Notes: generated by a model from the sequence alone, not told the origin. A stretch of 64,000 bases of DNA from Candidatus Sericytochromatia bacterium (GCA_036676985.1 JAKFBU010000038.1:64001-128000), one strand, 5' to 3'; counted from the first letter of the stretch, positions 38,708 through 49,973 are shown. A program made the numbers and translations.

Positions 38708-40648
38708 TTAGGGCTGGACGAGCGCGTCCGTGAGCACCCGGCCCGTCGCCTGTGCCGGCATGGGGATGCCGAGCAGGCGACAGAGCGTGGGGGCCACGTC
38801 GATGCTGCGCGCCGGCGGCAGGACGAGGCCCTTCTTCACGCCCGGGCCCTCCAGGTAGAAGACCGCATGCATGGTCGCTCGGCTCGGGTTGAAGATGTGC
38901 CCGCCGCTCGCGAACGGATGGCGCGCCTTGAAGAGCTCGTTGCCCTCGGCCGCGGCGTTGAAGTAAAGCCCCGACTGCAGGTCGAGGTAGAGGTCGCCGC
39001 CCGCCGGACCGCCGATGCCGAGCTTGGGGTCCGCCTGCTTGGCGTGGAAGACGCTCGTGACCACCCGCGCCTGGGTCTTGGGATCGCGCACGGCCCGCAG
39101 GGCCTGCACGACCTGCTCGGTGACGCGGGCCACCTGATGGGGTGGCACGATGCCGCCCTTGTGGTCCGTCGCGTTGATGACGACGTAGGCGCCGTCGTTG
39201 GGGGAATAGAAAGCCTTGGTGCGCGAGAGGTCGATCTTGCCCTTGTCGTCGACGGCCAGGAGCCCCGCCCGGCGCAGCACGACGTTCGGGAAGAAGTCGC
39301 GGGCCACGCCCTCCATGCCATGGTCGCTCGCGATCGCGACCACCGCCCGATCGCCCGCGACCCGCTGCGCCTCGCCGATGAACTCGTCGACGATCCCGGC
39401 CACGGCCTCGAGATAGGGCCAGAGCTTGGGGCCGATGTCCGCCCGGTAGGCCTGGCTACGGTCGTCCACCAGTCCGTACCAGAGGTGCTCGACGCCGTCC
39501 GGGTACGGCAGGTAGTAGACGATGAGGTCCCACGGGTAGGCCTTGGCCGCATGACGCAGCTTCTCGGTGCGGCTCGCCATCGCAAGCCGCACGGTCTCGA
39601 CGAGCCGGTCTTCCGCCTGGCCTTCTCCGCCCTGCAAGAGCGTCGGGCCGAGCTTGCCCCGGGCGTACTGGTCCTCGGCGCCCTTGATGACCAGGCCGCC
39701 GGTGCGCGCGATGTAGTCGCCCACCAGGTCGGGGCGGTTGGAGAGCTCCGGGGCGATCGCCGTCCGGTAGAGCCGCAGGGAGCTCAAGTCCGGCGCCAGG
39801 TCGAAGAGGCGGAACACCACGCTGCTGGTGGCGCCCTTGATGGTCACGGGCACCGGAAAGCTGAACTTGTCGATCTTGCCGGGCTCGCAGGGACCGGCCT
39901 TGAGGACCACCGCCCCGGAGATCGACTCCTTGCGGGGCCGGATCTCGAGCGTGTCGTAGCCCGCCACCGGATCGGCCGGGTCGTCGTAGAACACGCCCTT
40001 GAAGGCGCTGTCGCCCGCCTTGAGATCCACCTCCTGGGGGACCTCCCGGCCCATGGGCAAGGAGGCCCAGCCCGCGGCCGGCCGGAGCGAGGCCGTCGAG
40101 TCCAGGACCCAGTCGTGCTCCAAGAGGCCGCTGTAGCTGTCGAAGAGGGTCATCTTGCCGGCGCTGGCTCCCCCGAAGCGACCGGTGGGACCGTACTCGC
40201 TCAAGGGCGAAAGCTGGGTGCCCTGCAGGACGAGGGCTTGCTTTCCCGCGCGCGCCACCGTCGCCCAGATGGGCTCCGCCCTCAAAGCCGCGCTGTCGAA
40301 GCCCGACCGGCTCTCCAGGAGCGTGTGCTCGCTCGCGGGCAGCATGGGCACGGCGTTCGCGGTGACGCCGTTGACGTTGCCGTAGGCGCCCGTCCAGATG
40401 GAGGCATGCCCGGCGGCCGTCTTGCTCGGGAAGTTGGTGAGCGCGTAGTCCGCCTGGACGCCGTTCTTGCGCATGGCCGCCAGGTTGGGCATCAGTCCCG
40501 AGACGACCATCCGCTCGAGGAAGCGCTCTCCTCCCCCGTCCAGGGAGATGAGGATGGCCTTGGGAGCGTCGGCCGCGATCGTCGGCGGGGCCGGAACGGC
40601 GACCACCGAGAGGCAGCAGAGGGTGCAAAGGGCAGCAAGACGGCGCAT
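38708..40648 (-). CDS. Secreted alkaline phosphatase/nucleotide pyrophosphatase family protein
   Basis: Signal peptide, ISLDG, PSKTAAGH..IWTG, ASDHG, DVAPTL. Confidence 0.85.
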   Translation of the reverse strand: MRRLAALCTLCCLSVVAVPAPPTIAADAPKAILISLDGGGERFLERMVVSGLMPNLAAMRKNGVQADYALTNFPSKTAAGHASIWTGAYGNVNGVTANAVPMLPASEHTLLESRSGFDSAALRAEPIWATVARAGKQALVLQGTQLSPLSEYGPTGRFGGASAGKMTLFDSYSGLLEHDWVLDSTASLRPAAGWASLPMGREVPQEVDLKAGDSAFKGVFYDDPADPVAGYDTLEIRPRKESISGAVVLKAGPCEPGKIDKFSFPVPVTIKGATSSVVFRLFDLAPDLSSLRLYRTAIAPELSNRPDLVGDYIARTGGLVIKGAEDQYARGKLGPTLLQGGEGQAEDRLVETVRLAMASRTEKLRHAAKAYPWDLIVYYLPYPDGVEHLWYGLVDDRSQAYRADIGPKLWPYLEAVAGIVDEFIGEAQRVAGDRAVVAIASDHGMEGVARDFFPNVVLRRAGLLAVDDKGKIDLSRTKAFYSPNDGAYVVINATDHKGGIVPPHQVARVTEQVVQALRAVRDPKTQARVVTSVFHAKQADPKLGIGGPAGGDLYLDLQSGLYFNAAAEGNELFKARHPFASGGHIFNPSRATMHAVFYLEGPGVKKGLVLPPARSIDVAPTLCRLLGIPMPAQATGRVLTDALVQP

Positions 40649-40795
40649 GAAATCCTCCAGGGATGGACGCAAGCGATTCTATCACCTTATTTGGCGCCCG
40701 GGGAGCATTCCGGATGTCGGCCCGGGGATGACCTATGCAAAGGGTGCCGGTCCCTGTAAAGTCATGGCCTGCTTCGTTTCGTGTGGGGAGGTGGC

Positions 40796-41191
40796 ATGCG
40801 GTCCATAGAGGTCGTCGGAGCGGTCATCCGGCGCGGAGACGAGGTGCTCATCGCGCAGCGGCCTCCGGGCAAGCACGAGGCGCTCCTCTGGGAGTTCCCC
40901 GGCGGCAAGGTCGAGCCGGGAGAATCCCCCGAGGCCTGCCTCGCGCGCGAGATCCGCGAGGAGCTCGGCGTGCCCATCCGGGTCGGAGCGCGGCTCGGCG
41001 ACGTCACCCACGACTACGGGGAGCGGCGCATCCATCTCACCTGTTACTGGGCCGAGCTGGTCGCGGGCGAGCCGCGGCCGCTGGAATGCCACGCGGTGCG
41101 CTGGGTCCGGCGCGATCAGCTGGACGACTTCCGCTACGCGCCCGCGGACGTGCCCCTGGTGGAGCGGTTGAAGGCGGAATGGGGCGCTTGA
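40796..41191 (+). CDS. MutT-like NUDIX dNTP pyrophosphohydrolase
   Basis: [26 protein letters not shown]. Confidence 0.9.
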   Translation: MRSIEVVGAVIRRGDEVLIAQRPPGKHEALLWEFPGGKVEPGESPEACLAREIREELGVPIRVGARLGDVTHDYGERRIHLTCYWAELVAGEPRPLECHAVRWVRRDQLDDFRYAPADVPLVERLKAEWGA

Positions 41192-41282
41192 CGAATCGTC
41201 ATTAAAAGTCTGGCAACCACCAGTCGGGTGGTATGATGAGGCACCATCGTGCGCCGACGCACCTAGTCCAAGGGAGGATGCC

Positions 41283-43235
<1,953 letters not shown>

Positions 43236-43245
43236 CCCCAAGGCA

Positions 43246-43278
43246 AGAGGCGCGGCCGGAACATCCGGCCGCGCCTCT
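43246..43278. terminator. Hairpin between convergent acs and transaldolase genes
   Basis: agaggcgcggccgga-aca-tccggccgcgcctct. Confidence 0.7.
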
Positions 43279-43298
43279 GTTGTGGTGGCGATCGCGGG

Positions 43299-43952
43299 TT
43301 ACGCGACGGGCTGCTTGGTCTTCTCCCAGTCCTTGAGGAACTTCTCGATGCCCACGTCCGTCAGGGGGTGGTGGTACATCTGCTTGAGGATCTTGTAGGG
43401 CATGGTGACGACGTCGGCGCCGAGCTTGGCGGCCGCCGAGACGTGGATCGGGTGGCGCACCGAGGCGACCAGGATCTGGGTCTCGAAGTCGTAGTTCGAG
43501 AAGATCTCCACGATCTCCGCGATCAGCGTCATGCCGTCCTGGCCCTCGTCATCGAGCCGGCCCACGAACGGGGAGATGTAGGTCGCGCCGGCGCGAGCGG
43601 CCAGGAGCGCCTGGTTGGCCGAGAAGACCAGCGTCACGTTGGTCTTGATGCCCTCGGCGGAGAAGACCTTGGCGGCCTTGAGGCCCTCGATGGTCATGGG
43701 GAGCTTGATGATGATGTTCGGGTGCCACTTGGCGAACTCGCGGCCCTCGCGGAGCATGCCCTCGGCATCGAGGCTGATGACCTCGGCGCTGATCGGGCCG
43801 TCGACGATGGAGCAGATCTCGTTGATGACCTGCTTGAAGTCGCGGCCTTCCTTGGCGATGAGGCTGGGGTTGGTGGTCACGCCATCGATCTGGCCCCAGC
43901 TGGCGGCCTCGCGGATCTCGTCGAGGTTGGCGGTATCGAGAAAGAACTTCAT
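43299..43952 (-). CDS. tal: Transaldolase / fructose-6-phosphate aldolase (TalC/MipB family)
   Basis: [38 protein letters not shown]. Confidence 0.92.
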   Translation of the reverse strand: MKFFLDTANLDEIREAASWGQIDGVTTNPSLIAKEGRDFKQVINEICSIVDGPISAEVISLDAEGMLREGREFAKWHPNIIIKLPMTIEGLKAAKVFSAEGIKTNVTLVFSANQALLAARAGATYISPFVGRLDDEGQDGMTLIAEIVEIFSNYDFETQILVASVRHPIHVSAAAKLGADVVTMPYKILKQMYHHPLTDVGIEKFLKDWEKTKQPVA

Positions 43953-44077
43953 TGGTCCTCCTAAGGTGAAGGGGTGAAGGGATAGGTGCTATGAGCATTG
44001 TACCGGATCGATCGGCCGTTTGCGCGCCCGGGACCAAACTTCATGCGCTACCATGGGGGGTGAGGGAAGGAGGAGCG

Positions 44078-44302
44078 ATGAACCTCGAAGCCATGGGAAG
44101 GCTGATCCTGCTGGTGGGCGCGGTCCTGGTGGTCGCGGGCGGGGCCTTCATGCTGTTCGGGAAGCTGGGGCTCGGCAAGCTGCCGGGCGACCTCACCTTC
44201 GGCGGCGAGCACTGGAAGGTGTACGTGCCGTTCGCCTCGTCCATCCTCCTGAGCCTCTTGCTGACGCTCATCCTCAACGTGATCGCGCGCTGGTTCCGGT
44301 AA
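44078..44302 (+). CDS. DUF2905-like small membrane protein
   Basis: Two TM helices with GKLPGD...YVPFASSILLS; AGGAG RBS. Confidence 0.8.
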   Translation: MNLEAMGRLILLVGAVLVVAGGAFMLFGKLGLGKLPGDLTFGGEHWKVYVPFASSILLSLLLTLILNVIARWFR

Positions 44303-44314
44303 CGGCAAAACGCC

Positions 44315-44348
44315 CGCGGGCCCGGTGGTCGAAACCACCGGGCCCGCG
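44315..44348. terminator. Hairpin between convergent genes
   Basis: cgcgggcccggtggt-cgaa-accaccgggcccgcg. Confidence 0.7.
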
Positions 44349-44360
44349 TCGGTTGAAAGC

Positions 44361-44852
44361 TTAGTAGCTGCCGGTCAGCTGGCCGCCGTGGGGGTCGTAG
44401 CCGCCGTTCTCCATCTCGATGACGGCCTGCACGTTGTCCATGAACCACGAGGTCGAGGTGACGTTCAGCGTCTGCGTCTGCTGCGGGGGCACCGAGACGG
44501 TCTTGGTCTGGACGTCCTCGGTGGGCTGCCCCTTCTTCATGAAGGTGATCTTGAGGTTGCCCGTCAGGAGGATGGGCGAGGGGTTCACGATCTCGAGGGT
44601 CGCCTTGAGCTTGCCGAGGCCGAGGGTGGCCTTGTCGACGTCCTTGACCGTGACCGTGAGCCGGGCGTTGACCTGGGGGGCCGGGGTGGGCGTCGGCGTG
44701 GGCGCCACGACGACGGGCGTGGGCGTCGCGTTCTTGAGCTGCTTGGCCTGATCCTGAGCCGTCGGGTCGACGAGGGTGGCGGTCCCGCCGCAGCCGGCGA
44801 GCACCAGCATTCCTGCGACCAAGGCCAGGGAACAAAAGTGAGCGACCCGCAT
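44361..44852 (-). CDS. Hypothetical lipoprotein
   Basis: Lipobox LAGC, PT-repeat linker, beta-rich domain; AGGAGG RBS. Confidence 0.7.
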   Translation of the reverse strand: MRVAHFCSLALVAGMLVLAGCGGTATLVDPTAQDQAKQLKNATPTPVVVAPTPTPTPAPQVNARLTVTVKDVDKATLGLGKLKATLEIVNPSPILLTGNLKITFMKKGQPTEDVQTKTVSVPPQQTQTLNVTSTSWFMDNVQAVIEMENGGYDPHGGQLTGSY

Positions 44853-44954
44853 ACCAAACCCTCCTGTGCGTCTTAGGAGAGATATCGGCGGGCGGGTCGC
44901 GTAAACGGTAAACGTCGGTTTAAGTTTGCCAGGGAGTCTCGTTTAAGAGTTGGC

Positions 44955-45046
44955 TCAGATCTTGAGGTTGACCTTGCGCAGGGCCTCGCGCATGGTCAAG
45001 CCCTCCCTCAGATCTTCAAATTGACCTTACGCAGGGCCTCGCGCAT
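44955..45046 (-). repeat. Direct repeat of the last 13 codons of phnD (44955-44993 vs 45008-45046)
   Basis: 35/39 nt identical; both copies read MREALRKVNLKI*. Confidence 0.9.
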
Positions 45047-45967
45047 GGAGTCGTAGTCGCTGGACTGGGCGGGGACGAAGCCGTCGACCTGGTAGATGGC
45101 CCGGATCTTGGCCCGCCCCTCGGCGGTAGCGGACAGGTCCAGGAAGGCCTTCTTGATCTTGGCGACGATGGCGGGGTCGAGGCCCTTGCGCACGGCCATG
45201 TTGTCGGCCGGGATGGGCTTGGAGACGGCGAGGACCCGGACCTGTGCCCGGTCCTTGGGGTCCTTGAGCATGGTCGACCAGGCGCTCCGCTTGCCCTCGG
45301 GGTCGTTGCAGTAGGCGGCCCCGGCATCCACCTTGCCGCGCACCACGGCGAGCACGACGGCGTCATGCCCGTTGGCGTAGAGCATGCGCTTGAGGTCGCG
45401 CTCGGGCGTGATGCCCGCGTCCATCAGCATGGCCTTGGGGTAGATGGCCCCCGAGGCGGACGTCGGGTCCACGAAGGCGAAGGTCCGGCCCTTGAGGTCC
45501 TTGAGGGACGTGATGCCCGAGTCCTTGCGGGTGATGATGGCGCCGTAGTACTGGGCCTTGCCGTTGAACTGGCTCTTGAGGAGCACCTGGGCCCCGGCCT
45601 TCTTCTCGGCCATCACGAAGGCCGCGGGCGGAAAGAAGGCCACGTCCACCTTGCCCACCTGCATCGCGCTGATGACGCCCGAGTAGTCCGTCGACAGGAA
45701 GGGTTGCACCTTCATGCCCGTGGCCTTCGAGAGGATCTCGACCATCGGGGCCGCCGTCTTGGCCATGTCGCTGGGGTTCTCCCAGGGCGTGAAGCCCACC
45801 TTCAAGACCTTCGGCGCGTAGGCCTGCGCCGGCAGGGCCGTCGCGACGAGGGTGAGAGCGCCTAACAAAACGGTTCCACCCAGCCGCCGGTAGGCGGCCA
45901 CAGGCGACCCATGCCTGGTTTTGTTAGGTGCTCTCAGGGCGAAGAGGGCCCGGACGAACTTCTTCAT
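45008..45967 (-). CDS. phnD: Phosphate/phosphite/phosphonate ABC substrate-binding protein (PhnD/PtxB family)
   Basis: DYSGVI, DLKGRTFAFVDPTSASG, GHD, SKPIPAD. The signal peptide is interrupted by a repeat element. Confidence 0.88.
   Translation of the reverse strand: MKKFVRALFALRAPNKTRHGSPVAAYRRLGGTVLLGALTLVATALPAQAYAPKVLKVGFTPWENPSDMAKTAAPMVEILSKATGMKVQPFLSTDYSGVISAMQVGKVDVAFFPPAAFVMAEKKAGAQVLLKSQFNGKAQYYGAIITRKDSGITSLKDLKGRTFAFVDPTSASGAIYPKAMLMDAGITPERDLKRMLYANGHDAVVLAVVRGKVDAGAAYCNDPEGKRSAWSTMLKDPKDRAQVRVLAVSKPIPADNMAVRKGLDPAIVAKIKKAFLDLSATAEGRAKIRAIYQVDGFVPAQSSDYDSMREALRKVNLKI
45856..45933. mobile_element. 78-bp MITE/REP-like element, copy 1 (in frame within the phnD signal peptide)
   Basis: 16-bp terminal IR GAGCGCCTAACAAAAC / GTTTTGTTAGGTGCTC (1 mismatch), TGA/TCA flanks, homologous to 61940-62017. 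Confidence 0.8.
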
Positions 45968-46030
45968 GGCGCTCCCTTTCGAAGACTGGACGTCGGTATT
46001 TTACCCAGAAGGCGGGCTTTCTCGCGGGGC

Positions 46031-46408
46031 CTATTCGCCAAACGCATTTGGCAGGTGTCGGATGCCGGGCTCGGCGCCCTTGCGCAGCAACACCTCCACC
46101 ACGTCGCAACGCGCCGGGGCCTCGAAGGCCTGGTACCGCGCGAGCAGGATCTTGGCCATGCGGATGATGTGCTGCTGCTTGTGGTAGGTGACGGCCTCGG
46201 CCCCGTGGCCGTAGCGCTCGCTGCGCCGGGTCTTGACCTCGACGAACACCCAGGTCGCCCCGTCCCGGGCCACCAGGTCCACCTCTCCCCACCGGGTGCG
46301 CGCATTGCGTGCTACAATCGCGTATCCCAAGCGCTCGAGGTAGTGCGCTGCCAGGTTTTCCCCCTCTTTTGCCAGCGCAAGCCGGCCGTCGTTGGTGCCC
46401 TTGGCCAT
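46031..46408 (-). CDS. YraN family (UPF0102) endonuclease-like protein
   Basis: GENLAAHYL, ARN, GEVDLVA, VFVEVKTR, RCDVV. Confidence 0.9.
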   Translation of the reverse strand: MAKGTNDGRLALAKEGENLAAHYLERLGYAIVARNARTRWGEVDLVARDGATWVFVEVKTRRSERYGHGAEAVTYHKQQHIIRMAKILLARYQAFEAPARCDVVEVLLRKGAEPGIRHLPNAFGE

Positions 46409-47441
46409 GCCGGAGCCCTCATCTCTCGAAATCACCCCGCCGCGCCGCGCGATCCCGTGGTGGGGCCTGGCGCTCGTCCTCGTGGCGGTGCTCGTCGGGG
46501 CCGCCGGTCTGGGGCTTCGCTGGGGGGCGGTTGATATCCCGACGCTCGGATGGATTGATCTTATCACCATGCGCGGGCGCGAGGAGAGCTGGGGCACCAT
46601 TCTCTACGACGTGCGGCTTCCCCGCGTGCTCCTGGCCATCGTGGCGGGCGTCGGCCTCGCCTCGGCGGGGGCCACGTGGCAGGCCCTCCTGCGCAACCCG
46701 CTCGCCGACCCCTACCTCATCGGCGTCTCCTCGGGCGGTGCGCTCGGGGCGGCCGTCGCGATGTTCTTCGGCGACAGCCTCCCCGGCGGAGCCAACCTCG
46801 TGCCGGCCTTCGCCTTCCTCGGATCCCTGGGGGCGGTGGGCCTCATTTACTCCCTGTCGGGCCGCGATCGCACCTTTTCCATCGAGCGGGTGCTGTTGGT
46901 CGGCATGGCCGTGGGCGCCTTCTTCTCGGCGACGCTGAGCCTGCTGACCTACTGGCACGCGGAGTCCGTGACGACCCTCTATTTCTGGATGCTCGGCGGC
47001 TTCTCGGGCCGGGCCTGGGGCGAGCTCCTCCAGATGCTGCCCTATCTCGGCGTGGGGTTGGCGCTCATCCTCTCGCAGGTGCGCCACCTCAACGTCCTGC
47101 AGCTCGGTCCCGACCGGGCCCGCAGCCTCGGGGTGGACGTGGACTGGTGCCAGCGCCTGCTCTTGGCGGGGGCGACGCTCGTGACGGCATCGGTGGTCGC
47201 GAGCTGCGGGATGATCGGCTTCGTCGGCCTCATGGTGCCGCACCTGGCGCGCCTCCTGGTGGGACCGGACCTGCGCCGACTCCTGCCCATCTCGTGCCTG
47301 CTGGGCGCTATTCTGCTCGTGGTCGCCGATCTGGTCGCCCGCACGGCCTGGGCGCCCACCGAGGTGCCGGTCGGCGTGCTCACGGCCCTGCTCGGAGCCC
47401 CGTTCTTCCTGTTCCTGGTGCTCGGGGAGCGACGGTCATGA
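46407..47441 (+). CDS. FecCD/BtuC-family ABC permease
   Basis: RLPRV, RNPLADPYLIGVSSG, ARSLGV, IGFVGLMVPH, GAPFF; start uncertain. Confidence 0.9.
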   Translation: MPEPSSLEITPPRRAIPWWGLALVLVAVLVGAAGLGLRWGAVDIPTLGWIDLITMRGREESWGTILYDVRLPRVLLAIVAGVGLASAGATWQALLRNPLADPYLIGVSSGGALGAAVAMFFGDSLPGGANLVPAFAFLGSLGAVGLIYSLSGRDRTFSIERVLLVGMAVGAFFSATLSLLTYWHAESVTTLYFWMLGGFSGRAWGELLQMLPYLGVGLALILSQVRHLNVLQLGPDRARSLGVDVDWCQRLLLAGATLVTASVVASCGMIGFVGLMVPHLARLLVGPDLRRLLPISCLLGAILLVVADLVARTAWAPTEVPVGVLTALLGAPFFLFLVLGERRS

Positions 47442-48685
47442 GCGTGCTGTCGGTCCAGGGCTTGGCGGCGGGCTACGGACGCCCGGCCTTCGAGGGCGTG
47501 AGCTTCACGGTGCGGCCGGGCGAGTTCGTGGGCCTGTTGGGCCCGAACGGCACCGGCAAGTCGACCCTCCTCAAGGCCGTCAGCGGCCTCATCAAGCCCA
47601 TGCAGGGGCAAGTCGAGCTCTTCGGAAAGCCCTTCGACCAGTACCGCCCCCAGGAGCTCGCGCGGCGCATGGCCGTACTTCCCCAGCAGCCGCCTTCTGA
47701 CGGGGACTTCTCGGTCCACGAGGTGGTGAGCTTCGGCCGTCATCCTTATCAGCAGGCCTTTGGCTGGGGGCAGGGCGAGGCGGATCGCCGCGTGGTCCTG
47801 GAGGCAATGCAGGCACTCGGCGTGGAGGGTTGGAAGGACCGGCGCATGGGGACGCTGTCGGGCGGCGAGCAGCAGCGGGTGCGTCTGGCGCAGGCGCTCG
47901 CCCAGGAGCCCCAGCTCCTCTTGCTGGACGAGCCCACGGCGTGGGCCGACCTCAGCTATCAACTCGAGCTCATGCGCCAGGTCTCGGATCTCAGCCGCGC
48001 GCGCGGCCTCGCGGTGGTGGCCGTCCTGCACGATCTCAACCAGGCCGCCCAGTTCTGCTCGCGTCTACTCCTGTTGCACCACGGGCGCCTCGAGAAGGAC
48101 GGCTCACCCGCCGAGGTGCTGACGGAGGAGGCGATCGCGCGGGCCTACGGCGTGCCGGTGCACGTCCGCAACCACCCGGAGACGGGAGCGCCTTACATCC
48201 TGCCGCGCATGGCCTTGAACTCGGGGCGCCGCCGGCACCGGACCATTCACGTGGTGGCGGGCGGCTCGTCGGCCCAGACCCTGATTCCCAGGCTCTATGC
48301 CCAGGGCTACGACGTGACGGTGGGCGTGCTCAACGCGCTGGACTCCGACCTGGAGCTCGCCACGAGCCTCGGCATCCCCAGCATCACCGAGGCGCCCTTC
48401 GCCTCGGTGACCCCGGAGAGCGCGCGGCTGTTGCGCGATCGCCTGGCGCAGGCGGACGTGGTGGTAGTGACGGGGGTGGGCTTCGGGCCCGGCAACCTCG
48501 AGAACCTGCGCGCGGTCGCCGAGAGCGGCCGCCCCGTGTACCTCCTGGGCGGGCCCATGGGCGAGCGGGACTTCACGGGTGGCGAGGCGACCCGCCTCTA
48601 CGAGGGTCTCCTGGCCAACGGGGCCGTGCGCACCGACGAGGCCGAGTTCGTCCGCTGGCTGGCCTCGACCGGCGCCCTCTCCTAG
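47438..48685 (+). CDS. FecE/BtuD-type ABC ATPase with long C-terminal extension
   Basis: GPNGTGKST, LSGGEQQR, LLDEPT, LHDLN, plus about 160 extra C-terminal aa. Confidence 0.9.
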   Translation: MSVLSVQGLAAGYGRPAFEGVSFTVRPGEFVGLLGPNGTGKSTLLKAVSGLIKPMQGQVELFGKPFDQYRPQELARRMAVLPQQPPSDGDFSVHEVVSFGRHPYQQAFGWGQGEADRRVVLEAMQALGVEGWKDRRMGTLSGGEQQRVRLAQALAQEPQLLLLDEPTAWADLSYQLELMRQVSDLSRARGLAVVAVLHDLNQAAQFCSRLLLLHHGRLEKDGSPAEVLTEEAIARAYGVPVHVRNHPETGAPYILPRMALNSGRRRHRTIHVVAGGSSAQTLIPRLYAQGYDVTVGVLNALDSDLELATSLGIPSITEAPFASVTPESARLLRDRLAQADVVVVTGVGFGPGNLENLRAVAESGRPVYLLGGPMGERDFTGGEATRLYEGLLANGAVRTDEAEFVRWLASTGALS

Positions 48686-49683
48686 ACGCTCGCGACCGCC
48701 GGGACGTCGATGCCGAGCCGGCGGATCTCGTAGGCGAGCGTCTCGGCCATGCCCACCTCCAGCGAGCGCGGAGCGTAGCCGAGCTCGGCCTTCGCCTTCT
48801 CGTAGCTGCCGCCGTAGGTGGTCCCGGCGAGGCTGCGCAGGCTCTCCGAGCGCATGACCAACGGAAGCGGGAGTACCCGCTCGACCAGCCGGGCAATAGC
48901 CGCCAGCCCCTTGACCAGCTCGGGGCTCGCCGTCAGGCGCGGAGCAGGGATGCCCGTGAGCTGCTCGCACAGCTCGAAGGTCTCGACCAGGCTGTGGCGC
49001 GGACCCGTCAGGTTGTAGGCCTCGCCCACCCGGCCGCGCTCCATGGCCAGCAAGTGGCCATCCGCCACGTCCGCCACGTGCGTCCAGCTGAAGCTCGTCT
49101 GACTCGGCACGGCCGGAAGCTGCCGCTTGAGGTAGAGCTCGAAGGCCTGCTGGATGGGGTTACCCTCCACCGGCCCGTACACCAGCCCTGGCTGCACGAT
49201 GACCAGAGGCAGCCCCTCGGCCATCATGGGCAGCGCCACCTGGTAGTGGGCGAGCCACTTGGTGCGATCGTACTCCGTGAGCCACGGGCCGTCATGCCGG
49301 AAGGTCTCGTCGACCAGCTCCCCGTCGGTGTCGGAATAGACCGCCACCGAGCTGGTGTAGACGCCCTTGGGAATGCCCAGGTCGCGCATGGCCGTCAACA
49401 CGTTGCGCGTGCCCTCCACGTTGACGCGGTAGGCGCGGTCGTCGCGTGCCCCCATCTGGACCCACGCCGCGAGGTGGTAGATGCCGTCGGCTCCGCGCAT
49501 GCCCGCGACGACACGCTCGGCGTCCAGGAGGTCGCCGGGCTGGATCCGGGCGCCCATGGCGGCCAAGTGGCTCGCCTTCTCGGGGTTGCGGACGAGCGCG
49601 ATGACCTCATGCCCCTGGGCGAGCAGACGAGCCGCGACCTGGCCGCCGATGAAGCCCGTGGCGCCGGTAACGAAGTAACGCAT
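48682..49683 (-). CDS. NAD-dependent epimerase/dehydratase
   Basis: VTGATGFIG, HLAA, TSS, YDRTK (YxxxK). Confidence 0.9.
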   Translation of the reverse strand: MRYFVTGATGFIGGQVAARLLAQGHEVIALVRNPEKASHLAAMGARIQPGDLLDAERVVAGMRGADGIYHLAAWVQMGARDDRAYRVNVEGTRNVLTAMRDLGIPKGVYTSSVAVYSDTDGELVDETFRHDGPWLTEYDRTKWLAHYQVALPMMAEGLPLVIVQPGLVYGPVEGNPIQQAFELYLKRQLPAVPSQTSFSWTHVADVADGHLLAMERGRVGEAYNLTGPRHSLVETFELCEQLTGIPAPRLTASPELVKGLAAIARLVERVLPLPLVMRSESLRSLAGTTYGGSYEKAKAELGYAPRSLEVGMAETLAYEIRRLGIDVPAVASV

Positions 49684-49794
49684 GGCTTGCTTTCTCCTCT
49701 GCAGATCCGCGGATCGGGGTCGGATGGGATCCGGCTGTGCTATTCCGACGATTCATCATTATAGGCTGGGCCTGGCTCCAAAGGCCAGGCTGTC

Positions 49795-49948
49795 GCGTTA
49801 GCGTCCAGGGTGATCGGGAACACATGGAAGGCGGGGCCATGACCCTTGGCCTCAAAGGCACGATCGCCTATTCTGAACGTGGGAACTTCCCACTGGGCGC
49901 CCTCGTCCATGTTCCAACCGACCACCAGAGGCCGGCGTTCGCTGGCGC
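49795..49948. ncRNA. Candidate structured intergenic RNA (unassigned; 6S-like not excluded)
   Basis: Nested complementary blocks forming a long irregular hairpin; see findings. Confidence 0.35.
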
Positions 49949-49973
49949 CCACCCCGACGAAAGGATCACGTCG

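Noticed and set aside
44881-44912. Sigma28-like GCCGATAT upstream of the lipoprotein gene
   Set aside because: No TAAA -35 element at the proper spacing.
44955-45046. phnD tail repeat as a DGR template/variable pair or a CRISPR repeat
   Set aside because: There are only two 39-bp copies, the changes are synonymous and not adenine-specific on the coding strand, and there is no reverse transcriptase or cas gene.
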